Shown here: positions 44,330 through 55,293 of the stretch, one piece after another
Layout: every line of letters begins with the position of its first letter
Position numbering within the stretch: position 1 is the first letter of the stretch
Source of the DNA: an uncultured Actinomycetota bacterium
GTDB lineage: Bacteria; Actinomycetota; Actinomycetes; Actinomycetales; Dermatophilaceae
DNA length: 64,000 bases
Assembly (NCBI GenBank): GCA_963759595.1
Contig: CAVWZX010000004.1
Location: 28,329-92,328, forward strand
Direction of reading: 5' to 3'
Translations under genes and position numbers: made by a program
The notes under the pieces: generated by a model
The model's database searches: none
What the model saw: the letters and a program-made list of their open reading frames with translations, nothing else
What the model was told of the DNA's origin: nothing

Positions 44330-45438
44330 GTGTCCTTCGCACTGCCCTTCGCCCTGCTCGGTCTGCTGGCCGTGCCCCTGCTCGTCGCGGCATACCTCTG
44401 GCAGCTGCGGCGGCGGCGCCGCAACGCCGTCCGCTTCTCCAACGTCGCCCTGATCCGCAGCGTCCTCCCCCGTCAGCGGATGTGGCGCAGGCACGTCCCG
44501 ATCGCCCTCGTGCTGGCCAGCCTGGTCCTGCTGGGCCTGGCGGCCGGACGACCACAGGTGCGTGCCCAGGTGCCGATCTCGAGCTCGGCCGTGATCCTTG
44601 CCGTCGACGTGTCGGGATCGATGTGCGCGACCGACGTGACCCCCAACCGCCTTGCGGCTGCGCAGGAAGCGGTGCGCCAGTTCATCAAGGAGCAGGACGA
44701 CCGCACCCGCATCGGGCTGGTCGTCTTCTCGGGCTTCGCCCAGGTGGCGGTGGCACCGACGACCGAGCACGACGACCTGCTGCAAGGCCGTCGACGGGCT
44801 GACCACCGGGCGCGGCACCACGATCGGCGCGGCGATCCTCAAGTCGATCGACGCCATCGCCGAGATCAACCCCGACGTCGCGCCGGCCGACACCGACGAG
44901 ACCGGTGGCGACCCCGGCAGCGCGCCGCTCCCGGGCGCCCCGGACACCCCCGCACCACCCGCGCCCGACAAGCCCAAGACCGCGCCGGAGATCGTGGTGC
45001 TGCTGACCGACGGCGCCAACACCCGCGGCGTGACGCCGGAGGAGGCGGCGGTTCAGGCGGCAGCGCGGGGCGTCCGGGTCTACCCGATCGGGTTCGGGAC
45101 CACCCAGCCGACCCAGATGGTCTGCACCAGCGACCAGCTCGGTGGAGGGCTGTTCGACGGGCCGCCGGGTGGGTTCGGTGGCGGGCTGGGGCCGGGTGGA
45201 CGCAACTTCCTGGTGGTCGACGAGGAGGCGCTGCAGACGGTGGCGCGGACAACCGGGCGGCGAGTACTTCAAGGCCAGCGACGCCGACCAGCTGCAGGGC
45301 GTCCTCAACGACCTGCCCAAGCACGTCGACGTGCAGGAGCGGAACGTCGAGATCAGCGTCGCCTTCGCGGGCCTGGCAGCTCTGCTGCTGCTGCTCGGCC
45401 TGTGGCTGGCCGGACGCTGGACCGCCCACCCGCAGTGA
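44330..45438 (+). CDS. Second VWA domain membrane protein, frameshifts near 44785 and 45258
   Basis: DVSGSM, PNRLAAAQ, LLTDGAN, C-terminal TM. Confidence 0.85.
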
Positions 45439-45569
45439 CTCGACCAAGCCGAGCAGCCTGTACGAGCACCTCAATGCCTTTGGACGCGGCTTCGCCGTGT
45501 CGCCCGCCCCTGCTGTGGCCAGCCTGCAACTTCTCTCGGCTGGGTGGCGCGGTCAACGGCTGGGCGAGG

Positions 45570-48500
45570 TCACGGGACCGAGCTGGTGAACCAGTAGGTC
45601 CCGCCCTCACCGGGACGCTCGACCTCGATCCGGTAGTCCCCGGCAGGCAGGTCGAAAGCGTGGTGTCCGTTGATGGTGCCCCAGTTCTTCCCATCCGAGA
45701 CCTGCACCAGCTTCGACCCGTAGTACAACGGCCACGAGTACTGGTCAGCATCGAACACCACACTCTGACCACCCTCGGGCACCGTGAAGGTGTACACATC
45801 CTTCGACGCTGACGTCTCCAGGTTCCCGGCACCAACCACGTCGACACCGCCGATCTTGCCCGGCTCCACCTTCTGCCCAAGACTCAGGCTGAACTCCTGC
45901 ACGGCCGGCTTGAGGAAGCTGGTGAACCAGTACGTCCCACCCTCACCCGGACGCTCGACCTCGATCCGGTAGTCCCCAGCGGGCAGGGCCCACTCGTGAT
46001 GACCGTTGATCGTGCCCCAGTTCTTCCCATCCGAGACCTGCACCAGCTTCGACCCGTAGTACAACGGCCACGAGTACTGGTCAGCATCGAACACCACGGT
46101 CTGACCACCCTCGGGCACTGTCAGTGAGTAGACATCCTTGGAAGCCGAGGTCTCGAGGTTCCCGGCCCCTTCGACCGCCACACCGCCGATCTTGCCCGAC
46201 TCCACCTTCTGCCCCACCTCGTACCCGAAGGACTGGGTCCCAGGCTTCAGGAAGCTGGTGAACCAGTACGTCCCACCCTCACCGGGACGCTCGACCTCGA
46301 TCCGGTAGTCCCCGGCAGGCAGCGCCAACGCGTGGTGTCCGTTGATGGTGCCCCAGTTCTTCCCATCCGAGACCTGCACCAGCTTCGACCCGTAGTACAA
46401 CGGCCACGAGTACCGGTCAGCATCGAACACCACACTCTGACCACCCTCGGGCACCGTGAAGGTGTACACATCCTTCGACGCTGACGTCTCCAGGTTCCCG
46501 GCACCAACCACGTCGACACCGCCGATCTTGCCCGGCTCCACCTTCTGCCCAAGACTCAGGCTGAACTCCTGCACGGCCGGCTTGAGGAAGCTGGTGAACC
46601 AGTACGTCCCACCCTCACCTGGACGCTCGACCTCGATCCGGTAGTCCCCAGCGGGCAGGGCCCACTCGTGATGACCGTTGATCGTGCCCCAGTTCTTCCC
46701 ATCCGAGACCTGCACCAGCTTCGACCCGTAGTACAACGGCCACGAGTACTGGTCAGCATCGAACACCACGGTCTGACCACCCTCGGGCACTGTCAGTGAG
46801 TAGACATCCTTGGAAGCCGAGGTCTCGAGGTTCCCGGCCCCTTCGACCGCCACACCGCCGATCTTGCCCGACTCCACCTTCTGCCCCACCTCGTACCCGA
46901 AGGACTGGGTCCCAGGCTTAAGGAAGCTGGTGAACCAGTACGTCCCACCCTCACCCGGACGCTCGACCTCGATCCGGTAGTCCCCGGCAGGCAGCGCCCA
47001 CTCGTGGTGTCCGTTGATGGTGCCCCAGTTCTTCCCATCCGAGACCTGCACCAGCTTCGACCCGTAGTACAAAGGCCACGAGTACTGGTCAGCATCGAAC
47101 ACCACACTCTGACCACCCTCGGGCACCGTGAAGGTGTAGACGTCTTTCGCTGTTGTCGTCTCGAGGTTGCCGGCCCCCTCGAGCGCCACGCCACCGATCT
47201 TGCCCGGCTCGACCTTCTGGCCCACGTCGTACGCGAAGGTCTGCGGGGTGGATCGTGCCGTCGTCGCAAACCAGTGGGTCCCGCCCTCACCGGGACGCTC
47301 GACCTCGATCCGGTAGTCCCCGGCAGGCAGGTCGAAAGCGTGGTGTCCGTTGATGGTGCCCCAGTTCTTCCCATCCGAGACCTGCACCAGCTTCGACCCG
47401 TAGTACAACGGCCACGAGTACCGGTCAGCATCGAACACCACACTCTGACCACCCTCGGGCACCGTGAAGGTGTACACATCCTTCGACGCTGACGTCTCCA
47501 GGTTCCCGGCACCAACCACGTCGACACCGCCGATCTTGCCCGGCTCCACCTTCTGCCCAAGACTCAGGCTGAACTCCTGCACGGCCGGCTTGAGGAAGCT
47601 GGTGAACCAGTACGTCCCACCCTCACCCGGACGCTCGACCTCGATCCGGTAGTCCCCAGCGGGCAGGGCCCACTCGTGATGACCGTTGATCGTGCCCCAG
47701 TTCTTCCCATCCGAGACCTGCACCAGCTTCGACCCGTAGTACAACGGCCACGAGTACTGGTCAGCATCGAACACCACGGTCTGACCACCCTCGGGCACTG
47801 TCAGTGAGTAGACATCCTTGGAAGCCGAGGTCTCGAGGTTCCCGGCCCCTTCGACCGCCACACCGCCGATCTTGCCCGACTCCACCTTCTGCCCCACCTC
47901 GTACCCGAAGGACTGGGTCCCAGGCTTCAGGAAGCTGGTGAACCAGTACGTCCCACCCTCACCCGGACGCTCCACCTCGATCCGGTAGTCCCCGGCAGGC
48001 AGGTCGAAAGCGTGGTGTCCGTTGATGGTGCCCCAGTTCTTCCCATCCGAGACCTGCACCAGCTTCGACCCGTAGTACAACGGCCACGAGTACTGGTCAG
48101 CATCGAACACCACACTCTGACCACCCTCGGGCACCGTGAAGGTGTACACATCCTTCGACGCTGACGTCTCCAGTTTCCCGGCACCGACCACGTCGACACC
48201 GCCGATCTTGCCCGGCTCCACCTTGTGCCCCAGCGAGTAGTCGAAGCTCTCGGCATCGGGTTGGACGAAGACCGACGCGTGGTAGGCCCCGGCGGCTCCG
48301 TTGCTGATCACCTCGAGCCGGAACGGTCCGTCGGTGAGACCCGAGTAGCGAGCGCTGGAGCACGAAGTGAACTCGGGAGACAGAATCCGCCCCGACGCGA
48401 GGTCCCGTAGCTTGACCCACCCTGCTGTCGAACACTCCGACTCCAAGACGAGGCCCTTTGCGGCCTGTTGTTCGGTGAGCTGGAAGTCATAGAAGTCACC

Positions 48501-50994
48501 GGCGCCGGGAGTCTCGAGGACTCCGGAGCCAGCCCCCAGGCTGCCGGACGCGATCGACAGGGGCAGGCTCGCCGCGAAGATCTGCGCCGGTGCGGCGTCC
48601 AAAGTGACGTCGATGTTGTCGACCCCCAGGGACGTCCCCGTGAGGCCATGGAAGTTGTGGGTCTGCAGCTTGACCTTGAGCGTGGTGCTGGAATGCGTGC
48701 TGGGCACGGCCAGCGTGTAGACCCTGAAGGGGGTGCCCTCCGCCGTCTCGCCCGCCCGGGCGAACTGAGCGGTGGCCTCGAGCTGCCTCGGACCGCGGGG
48801 TGGTCACCCTCGAGATCCACTGTGATCGGAGCGTGGTCATCGACTCGGACGTCCACGGACTGCGTCTGGTCGTCGGTCTCGGTCGAGCCGAAGGTCAACA
48901 GGTCCACGCGCATGGTCGCCACGTCGTGGCGCGGTATACCCACCAGTGCAAAACCGTAACCGTCACCGTCGAAGACGGGGCCCGCCACCCGCGACGTCGA
49001 CGGGTCGTCGAGATAGCAGGGAGTACGCGAAGGCGCTGGCGACAGGTGGGCCGAAGTCCTCAACCAGCTCACCGTCGTCGTTGAAGCTGGGTTGTGACGG
49101 GTCCACGACCGTGTCGCTCACCGCGGCAGCTGCCTTCACGTACTGGTCGTGCCCCGTCGACACCAAGTCGTATACGCAGTCGTCGAAGGCCGGGCCCTCC
49201 GAGACGTGGTTGGCGCAGCAGGTGTCGCTCGCCGCGTCGAGCTCCACGGTCGAGAAGTCGGCCAGGGTGGTGACCTGCGAGGGGAAGGACGCGTCGGTGA
49301 AGGTCGCGGTGTCCTGGCCAGCCGCGTAGGTGAACTTTGACTGAGCCGAGGTGATCCGCCACGAGTCCGCGTACCGCCCATAGAGCACATGAGGAGCCGC
49401 GTCGGCGGCGAGCTGCTCTCCGGAGGCGGTCACGAGATCATTGGCTGCATCACCGTCGTGGTTGCCGAGCAGACCTCGCGACCGGACATCGGCTCCGAGC
49501 CGAATCCCGATGGTCCCGGACTGGAACTGCACCAGGGCGCTGGGGTTCTTGAGCGCGATGAGTCGCTGGCTCCCGGATCGGTAGAGCTGCGACCCGTCAG
49601 CCAAGGTCAGGACCCCGTTGCCCGGGAGCGCGTCCGCGTCACCCTCGACGAGCACGGTGCCGTCGGTCGCAGCTCGACCGTCACCCCCGACGTGAGGGCG
49701 ACGCTCGACGACCGCACCGTGCCACCCGCTGGGACGAACAGTGCCTGCACGTCGAACCCGGCGTCCGGCACCTCGAGAAGATGGAACTCGCCCACGGACT
49801 GGAGGTCGTAGGAGCGCCCGTCCAAGGTGACGAGGTGCGGGTCACCGAAGGCGTTGGGGTTGAGCGCGCAGGATCCCGCAACACCCAGCAGGACGCCAGC
49901 AGCCACGACGCCAAGGGCTGGGGCGACCACGCTGCCCGCAGCGGCTGCCTCGCCCGTCGCTGCTCCGGCGGTGGCCAGCTCCGTGGCCGTAGCCAGCCGG
50001 CTCAACGTTGCGATCTGCCGCACTGGTGGGGCGAGGAGCGCCAACTGCAGCTCCGACGCCTTGCTGCCCACCCACTCACCGGCGTTCACGGCGAGACGCC
50101 CGGCGTCCATCATGCACTCGCCCCAGCTCTGGGGCTCCTCCTCGTCGGTCGGTGGCGCCGTGGTGCGCGACGACGACGACGTGGTGGGCACCGGAGTCGC
50201 TGAACATGGCTCATCCTCGAGGTGGCCGACCTCCTTCAGGTACGCCGGGCCGGCGGACGTGGTCTGGTATGCCGCCACACGATAGTTGATCGTGGCGCCC
50301 CCGCACTCCTGGAGGATCACTCGAAAGGCATCTGTATAGGGGGTGCGCTTGAGCACGGAGCGAGGTGTTTGCAGGCAGTGCGAAGTCGAGGAGCTCTGCG
50401 TCCTTGCCGCGGCTCTGCAGCTCAGCGACGTAGGCCGCCACCTGTGATGCAGCGAGGACCAGCGCGGCACCGCCAACACGCGGTTGGAGCTTGATCTCGG
50501 CCACCTCGACCGTCGGATCAGTCGCGGTACGGTAGTACAGCAGCAGGTCGGGACGCAACGTCTCAGGCGCCGTGGCCGCGTCGCCGTACTTCTGGCAGGA
50601 GGAGTTGGGGATCACGGGCTCACACTGGAGATTGGGCGTACACCACCGGGCGCACTGTCGCCATCGACAACAGTCTGGTTCAGCTGAGCGATGAGGCGCG
50701 CCTGGGCAATCGCCTCCGCCTGGATCGCCCCGCCGTCCACCTCGCGCTTGCACTCACAGGGGCGGTTGTCGGGATTGCTGTGTGGGATCGTGCGTGAGAA
50801 TTCAGTCCTGTCACGTAGACGGACAACGGGACAGTCTCGGCGAAAGCCGGCGTCGGTCGGCCGCGGTGGAGGAGGAGTGCGGAGGGCACGCGACGGCACC
50901 TCACCGACTGCAGCAGCGGCTGCAAGGCCGCATGGACGACAAGGAGCGCGAACAGTGCCGCTACGAGAGCAACGCAGCGCAAGCGAACAGACAT
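45570..50994 (-). CDS. Giant secreted protein (~1800 aa when frameshifts are bridged): signal peptide, nuclease-like segment, VWD domain, PPC-like repeats
   Basis: Contiguous ORF fragments on the minus strand: MSVRLRCVALVAALFALL; RPDLLLY..AEIK..SQVAAY; FGDPHLVTLDGRSYDLQSVGEF; RGLLGNHDGDAANDL; then the 1045-aa repeat ORF. At least 6 frame changes between 48750 and 50950. Confidence 0.7.
45580..48265 (-). repeat. Eight in-frame 336-bp (112-aa) tandem repeats
   Basis: Anchor GATCCGGTAGTCCCC at 45627, 45963, 46299, 46635, 46971, 47307, 47643 and 47979 (exact 336 period). Confidence 0.97.
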
Positions 50995-51799
50995 CGTTTC
51001 CCGCAGATCGAAGCGGCAACGACACGTCGCGCGCGGCCAGCCTTTCGGCGGCGAACATGGCAACAGAATCAGTTGTAAGCGTGCAGTTTCTACGCTTTCC
51101 TTACCAATGCTTGGGCGATTTATGACCATTGCGGCGACGCGGGCGGCACGTGGTTGCGGTGCTTGAGTCCTCTGGGCACACTCGAGCACGTGACAGTGCG
51201 AGTGGACGCGAACGCGCATCAACAGCGGCCGCAGCAGCGCACGCACCGTGAGGGCTCGGGGGTGGATGCCCGCGTCGTGGTGGAGGGGCGCACGGTCACC
51301 GAGTGCGTCGAGCCGTGCGGGGAGCGACCTGATCGCCGTGGGCGCAAGGCAGCTGGACGGTCTACCCGACAACCGACGGAGCGCTCGTGTGAGTTGAAGG
51401 GCCGCAGGACTTGCAGGCCAACCTTGCCGCACTGGGCGAGGTGCTGAGCGACGTGACAGGAGCGGACGTCGAGATCACCATCCCACCTCGACCGGTGAAT
51501 GCCTGAGAGCCCGACGCCGCCATCCGAGGGCCTTACTTGCACACTCTATGGATCCGCCGCCTCGAGGGGTAACGAGTGTGAACCCCATAGCGCTGGGGCG
51601 TGTCGTTGACACCGTAGGATGCCTGTCCTGCCGAGCACAGGGCTGCGCGGGAGCACACCAGGTGGGGAACGCGCAGGACCGACTGTGTGCACGCCACGTC
51701 TGCTGCTGACCCCACCCTGTCGCGCCGCACACGGCATGGTGCGACCACTAAGGAGGGCACGCGGTTGCGCAGCCTCACGGTGGAACGCTCGGCGAGTCT

Positions 51800-52255
51800 G
51801 CGTGGAGCGACGCTGACGAATCGACGTCGCCTGTCGCGCGTACCGAGGCGCTGCGCGACCTGGCAGACGACATGGCCGCCGACCTCGACATCGCCGTGGT
51901 GCACCCAGCAGTCCCCAGCGTGACGACGTGGCAGGTCGTGGCGCGTGCCGTCTGGTACAGCCATCGACGCCTGTGGTCCAGCTTCGTCGCGGATGCCTTC
52001 GGCGCGGCGGTGTTGACCGGCGCCCACCTCGCTCGTGCCCACGACCTGTCAGGTTGGCGCGTCGAGGCGGTGGCGCCCGACGGGTACCTGGTGCGGGCGC
52101 AGGATCTCACGCCGTGGTTTCAGCATCGGGGACGACTTCCATCCATGGTGTTTCCAGGTGACCCGGTGCGCGCACGGGCGCGAGCCGACTTCGGCAACAT
52201 GATCCTCACACGGGAAGCCGCGCACTCCTTGCCACGCCCGGGCCAGGCGCTCTGA
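51800..52255 (+). pseudogene. C-terminal part of a hypothetical gene; 5' end degraded or frameshifted
   Basis: Protein-like EALRDLADDMAAD...LTGAHLARAHDLSGWRVE...ARADFGNMILT with no clear RBS or start. Confidence 0.45.
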
Positions 52256-52881
52256 GGCGCAGGCCGTCAGGTGGCTGGCCAGACCGCTGGCGCTCTGCGT
52301 GAGCGGCGACCTTGGCCCGGTTGCCGCAGGAACGCATGCTGCACCAGCGCCTGCGCCCTCGCGGGTCGTAGAACACCCAGCCGCACTCGTGGCCCGGGCA
52401 GGCGTGCACGGCGCTGAGGTCCAGCGTCGTCAGCGCCTGGGCACCGGCCCACGCGACGGCCGACAACGGCCGCTCGAGCCCACCTCCGACGTCCCATCGA
52501 GGTTGGTCGCCCGGCACCAGGTGCAGCTGGTCGAGAGCTGGGCGGAGCAGCCGCGAGAAGGCCGCGACGTTCGCGTCGGTCGGTCGGTTCCACCAGGACG
52601 GCTCGGAGCCGGGCCCGCAGGGCCAGCGCCTGCACCAGGATCTCCTCGGCGTCGCGGGGTCGCGACGATGCTCGTCGACGCAGGGCAGCCACGGAGGCGG
52701 AGTCGAGCAGACGGGTCTGTTCGGCGAAGACCGCGAGGTGGTCGTAGGAGCGCAGGAACTCGCTCCCGGCGGGCTCGCCCCAGCCGGCGAGGGTGTTGAC
52801 GAAGTCCAGCGCGGGGTGTCCACCCACGGGCCGCGGCAGCACGAGACCGCGGCACTCGACCCAGTGCGGACCCTCGACCAC
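52206..52881 (-). CDS. ABATE/CGNR zinc finger protein (frameshift near 52578)
   Basis: GGHPALDFVNT then CPGHECGWVFYD..RRWCSMRSCGNRAK. Confidence 0.88.
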
Positions 52882-52913
52882 CCTTGACGTCTCCTTCGAA
52901 CAGCGGTTTGCTG

Positions 52914-52943
52914 CTAACCAGTAGCTATACGTTATCTGGTTAG
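52914..52943. promoter_or_regulatory. Inverted repeat in the divergent promoter, candidate CGNR-protein operator
   Basis: CTAACCAG-N14-CTGGTTAG in an AT-rich spacer. Confidence 0.5.
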
Positions 52944-52952
52944 GAGATCCTC

Positions 52953-53483
52953 ATGCGACGAATCGCCGCAACCACAGCCACCGCCGCCTGCGCCCTGGTC
53001 GGACTGGGCCTCGGGGTCGGCGCCGGTCCGGCCCAGGCCGACTCGCCCTGGACGCCGTACCACCAGGAGGACGCGCTCGTGACGGCCGCCCGGTCCACCT
53101 GCGCGTTCGACGTCCAGGAGACGGTCGTCGAGGACGCCGAGCGCTATCGCACGACCGCGACCTATCCCGACGGGAGCCCAAAGACCCAGGTCTTCAAGGG
53201 GACGCTCGTCATGTCCTACACGAACACCAGCACGGGCGCGTCGGTCACGCACGACCTCAGCGGCACGGGCGTCTTCGCCTACAACCCGGACGGCACCCCT
53301 GCCTCGCTGACCTCGAGCCACGGGCCGTTCGGCACCACGCTCCCAGCCGGCAGCACTCCCTACACCGGCATCTACGTCGTCGCGGGCAAGGGCACATCGG
53401 TCGCCTTCAACGCCGACGGCACCCGCACCCTCACCCTCGGGAAGCACGGTTCGTCGATCGACGTCTGCGCCGAGCTGGACTGA
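52953..53483 (+). CDS. Secreted hypothetical protein
   Basis: AGGAGA RBS, signal peptide ending AQA, two Cys in mature part. Confidence 0.8.
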   Translation: MRRIAATTATAACALVGLGLGVGAGPAQADSPWTPYHQEDALVTAARSTCAFDVQETVVEDAERYRTTATYPDGSPKTQVFKGTLVMSYTNTSTGASVTHDLSGTGVFAYNPDGTPASLTSSHGPFGTTLPAGSTPYTGIYVVAGKGTSVAFNADGTRTLTLGKHGSSIDVCAELD

Positions 53484-53503
53484 CCGGCCGCAAGGCTGGT
53501 CGG

Positions 53504-54332
53504 TCAGCGGCGGCGCTGGCAGCGACCGCACCAGAACAGGTTGCGCCCCGCGACCACCCTGGTGCGGATCCGCGACCCGCACACCCGACACGGCTCGCCC
53601 TGGCGTCGGTAGACGTACGAGATCCGTTCCGTCAGCGGGTCCACCTGACCCGCGGCGACCTCGGCCCGGACCTCGTCGACCTGCTCCGACACGGTGACGA
53701 TCTTGCCGGTCGCCACCCCGAGCGGGAGCAGGTCGACGAGGTCCAGCCAGATGGCGTCCCAGGTGGTCCGCCGGATCTCCCTGCCGGGACGAAACGGGTT
53801 GACGCGCTGCCTGAACAGCACCTCGCACCGGTAGACGTTGCCCACACCCGGCGAGCACCGACTGGTCCATCAACAGCTCGGCGATGGACTTGCCACTGCG
53901 TGCGATGCGGCGCCACGCGATGTCCGGATCCGGTTCTGGGCGAAGGGGATCCGGACCGAGGCGCGAGGTCACAGCCTCGACGAGATCCGGTGTGATGACG
54001 GCGCACAGGTTCGGCCCGCGCAGGTCCCCCACGTAGTCGTCGTTCGCGAGGCGCAACCGGACCTGCCCCACCACGGGTACGTCACCGGCATACGGGCGCG
54101 CGACGATGGTGAACTTGCCGATCAGGCCGAGGTGCACGTGCAGCCAGGCGTCGTCGTCGAACTCGGCGAAGAGGTGCTTGCCCCACGAGGTCGCGTGGAG
54201 GAAGGTGCGTCCGGAGAGCTGCGCGGCGCCCGCCGCGAACTTGCCCTGCGGGCTGCTCACCTCGGGTCGGGTCCCCCGGTATGCCGCGTCGAGGTCGCGG
54301 GCGAGCGCGAACAGGGTGTGGCCTTCGGGCAT
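53504..54332 (-). CDS. nei: Fpg/Nei family DNA glycosylase (frameshift near 53845)
   Basis: MPEGHT, WGKHL, HLGL, LGPDPL, GNVYRCE, C4 zinc finger. Confidence 0.88.
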
Positions 54333-54379
54333 GGAGCCATCATGGCCTGCCTCGAACCGCTCTGCCTACACTGCCACCC

Positions 54380-55024
54380 ATGGCGGCCACCGAGACGCGA
54401 CTCCTGCTCCTGGGCACGGTCATGCTCTTCGAGCCGGTCAACGGCTACCAGCTGCGTCGCGAGCTGCTCTCCTGGCAGGTCGAGGACTGGGCACACGTCA
54501 ACCCCGGTTCGATCTACTCCGGGCTGACCACCCTCGCCCGGCAGGGGCACCTGGCTCGCCACGACCTGGTCGACGGCACCCGCGAGGTGGCCGTCTACAC
54601 CAGCACCACCCAGGGGCGCCGCGAGTTCGACCGGCTCTGGCGGCGCGCGGTGGAGAACCCCGACCTGCTGTCGCCGCTGCCGTTCCACACGGCGATGTCC
54701 CTCATGCCCCTGGTGAGTCGCACGGCGGTGCGCGAGGCTCTGCAGGTCCGGTTGGCCAACCTCGACGCCAAGGCACGGGCGCAGCTGGCCGCGGAGACGC
54801 CGGTCGAGGCGGTCCCCCCGCACGTGCTCGCCCTGGCCGACCTCTGGATGGGCATGGGGCAGACCGAGCGCGAGTGGCTGGTCCAGCTCATCTCGCGGGT
54901 GGACCGCGGCGAGCTCGCCCTGCGTGGCGAGCCGGCCGACTGGCAGGCGCCGGCCGACGACCCCGGCTGGCAGATGGCCAGCGACCGCAAGCGCTACGTG
55001 GAGCTCATCGCGCAGCAGGGCTGA
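54380..55024 (+). CDS. PadR family transcriptional regulator
   Basis: PVNGYQLRREL, NPGSIYSGL; TACACT -10 box 7 nt before ATG. Confidence 0.88.
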   Translation: MAATETRLLLLGTVMLFEPVNGYQLRRELLSWQVEDWAHVNPGSIYSGLTTLARQGHLARHDLVDGTREVAVYTSTTQGRREFDRLWRRAVENPDLLSPLPFHTAMSLMPLVSRTAVREALQVRLANLDAKARAQLAAETPVEAVPPHVLALADLWMGMGQTEREWLVQLISRVDRGELALRGEPADWQAPADDPGWQMASDRKRYVELIAQQG

Positions 55025-55217
55025 CGCGTCACGGGACGCTGAACGGCAAGGCCCGTGGCCCGAGTGGGCGACCCGATCACCCCCGGCACCGATCGCGGCC
55101 TCCGATCGACCCGAGCGACTTCGGGCGACCCCGAGCGGCGAGCGCCGACCGATGAGTTCGTGTCGGTGCGCCGGTCTACCGTCATGAGCGCTGGCCGGGA
55201 GAGCGGCTTGACGCGCG

Positions 55218-55257
55218 AGTGTTCAATATTGAACACTATGATTATTCAAGTTTGAAC
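55218..55257. promoter_or_regulatory. Tandem operator palindromes (probable PadR sites)
   Basis: Perfect 20-bp AGTGTTCAATATTGAACACT plus a second TTCAA-gt-TTGAA 23 bp further on. Confidence 0.75.
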
Positions 55258-55293
55258 AAGACTGTCAACCACGACTGTCAGAGGGAGCTGGGG

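Noticed and set aside
45580-48265. CRISPR array or DGR template/variable repeats
   Set aside because: Units are 336 bp, in frame and contiguous with no spacers; no cas or reverse transcriptase gene nearby; differences are not adenine-specific.
55060-55150. Short CGACCCGA(G/T)C repeats downstream of padR
   Set aside because: Only about three loose, irregularly spaced GC-rich copies; not distinguishable from background.
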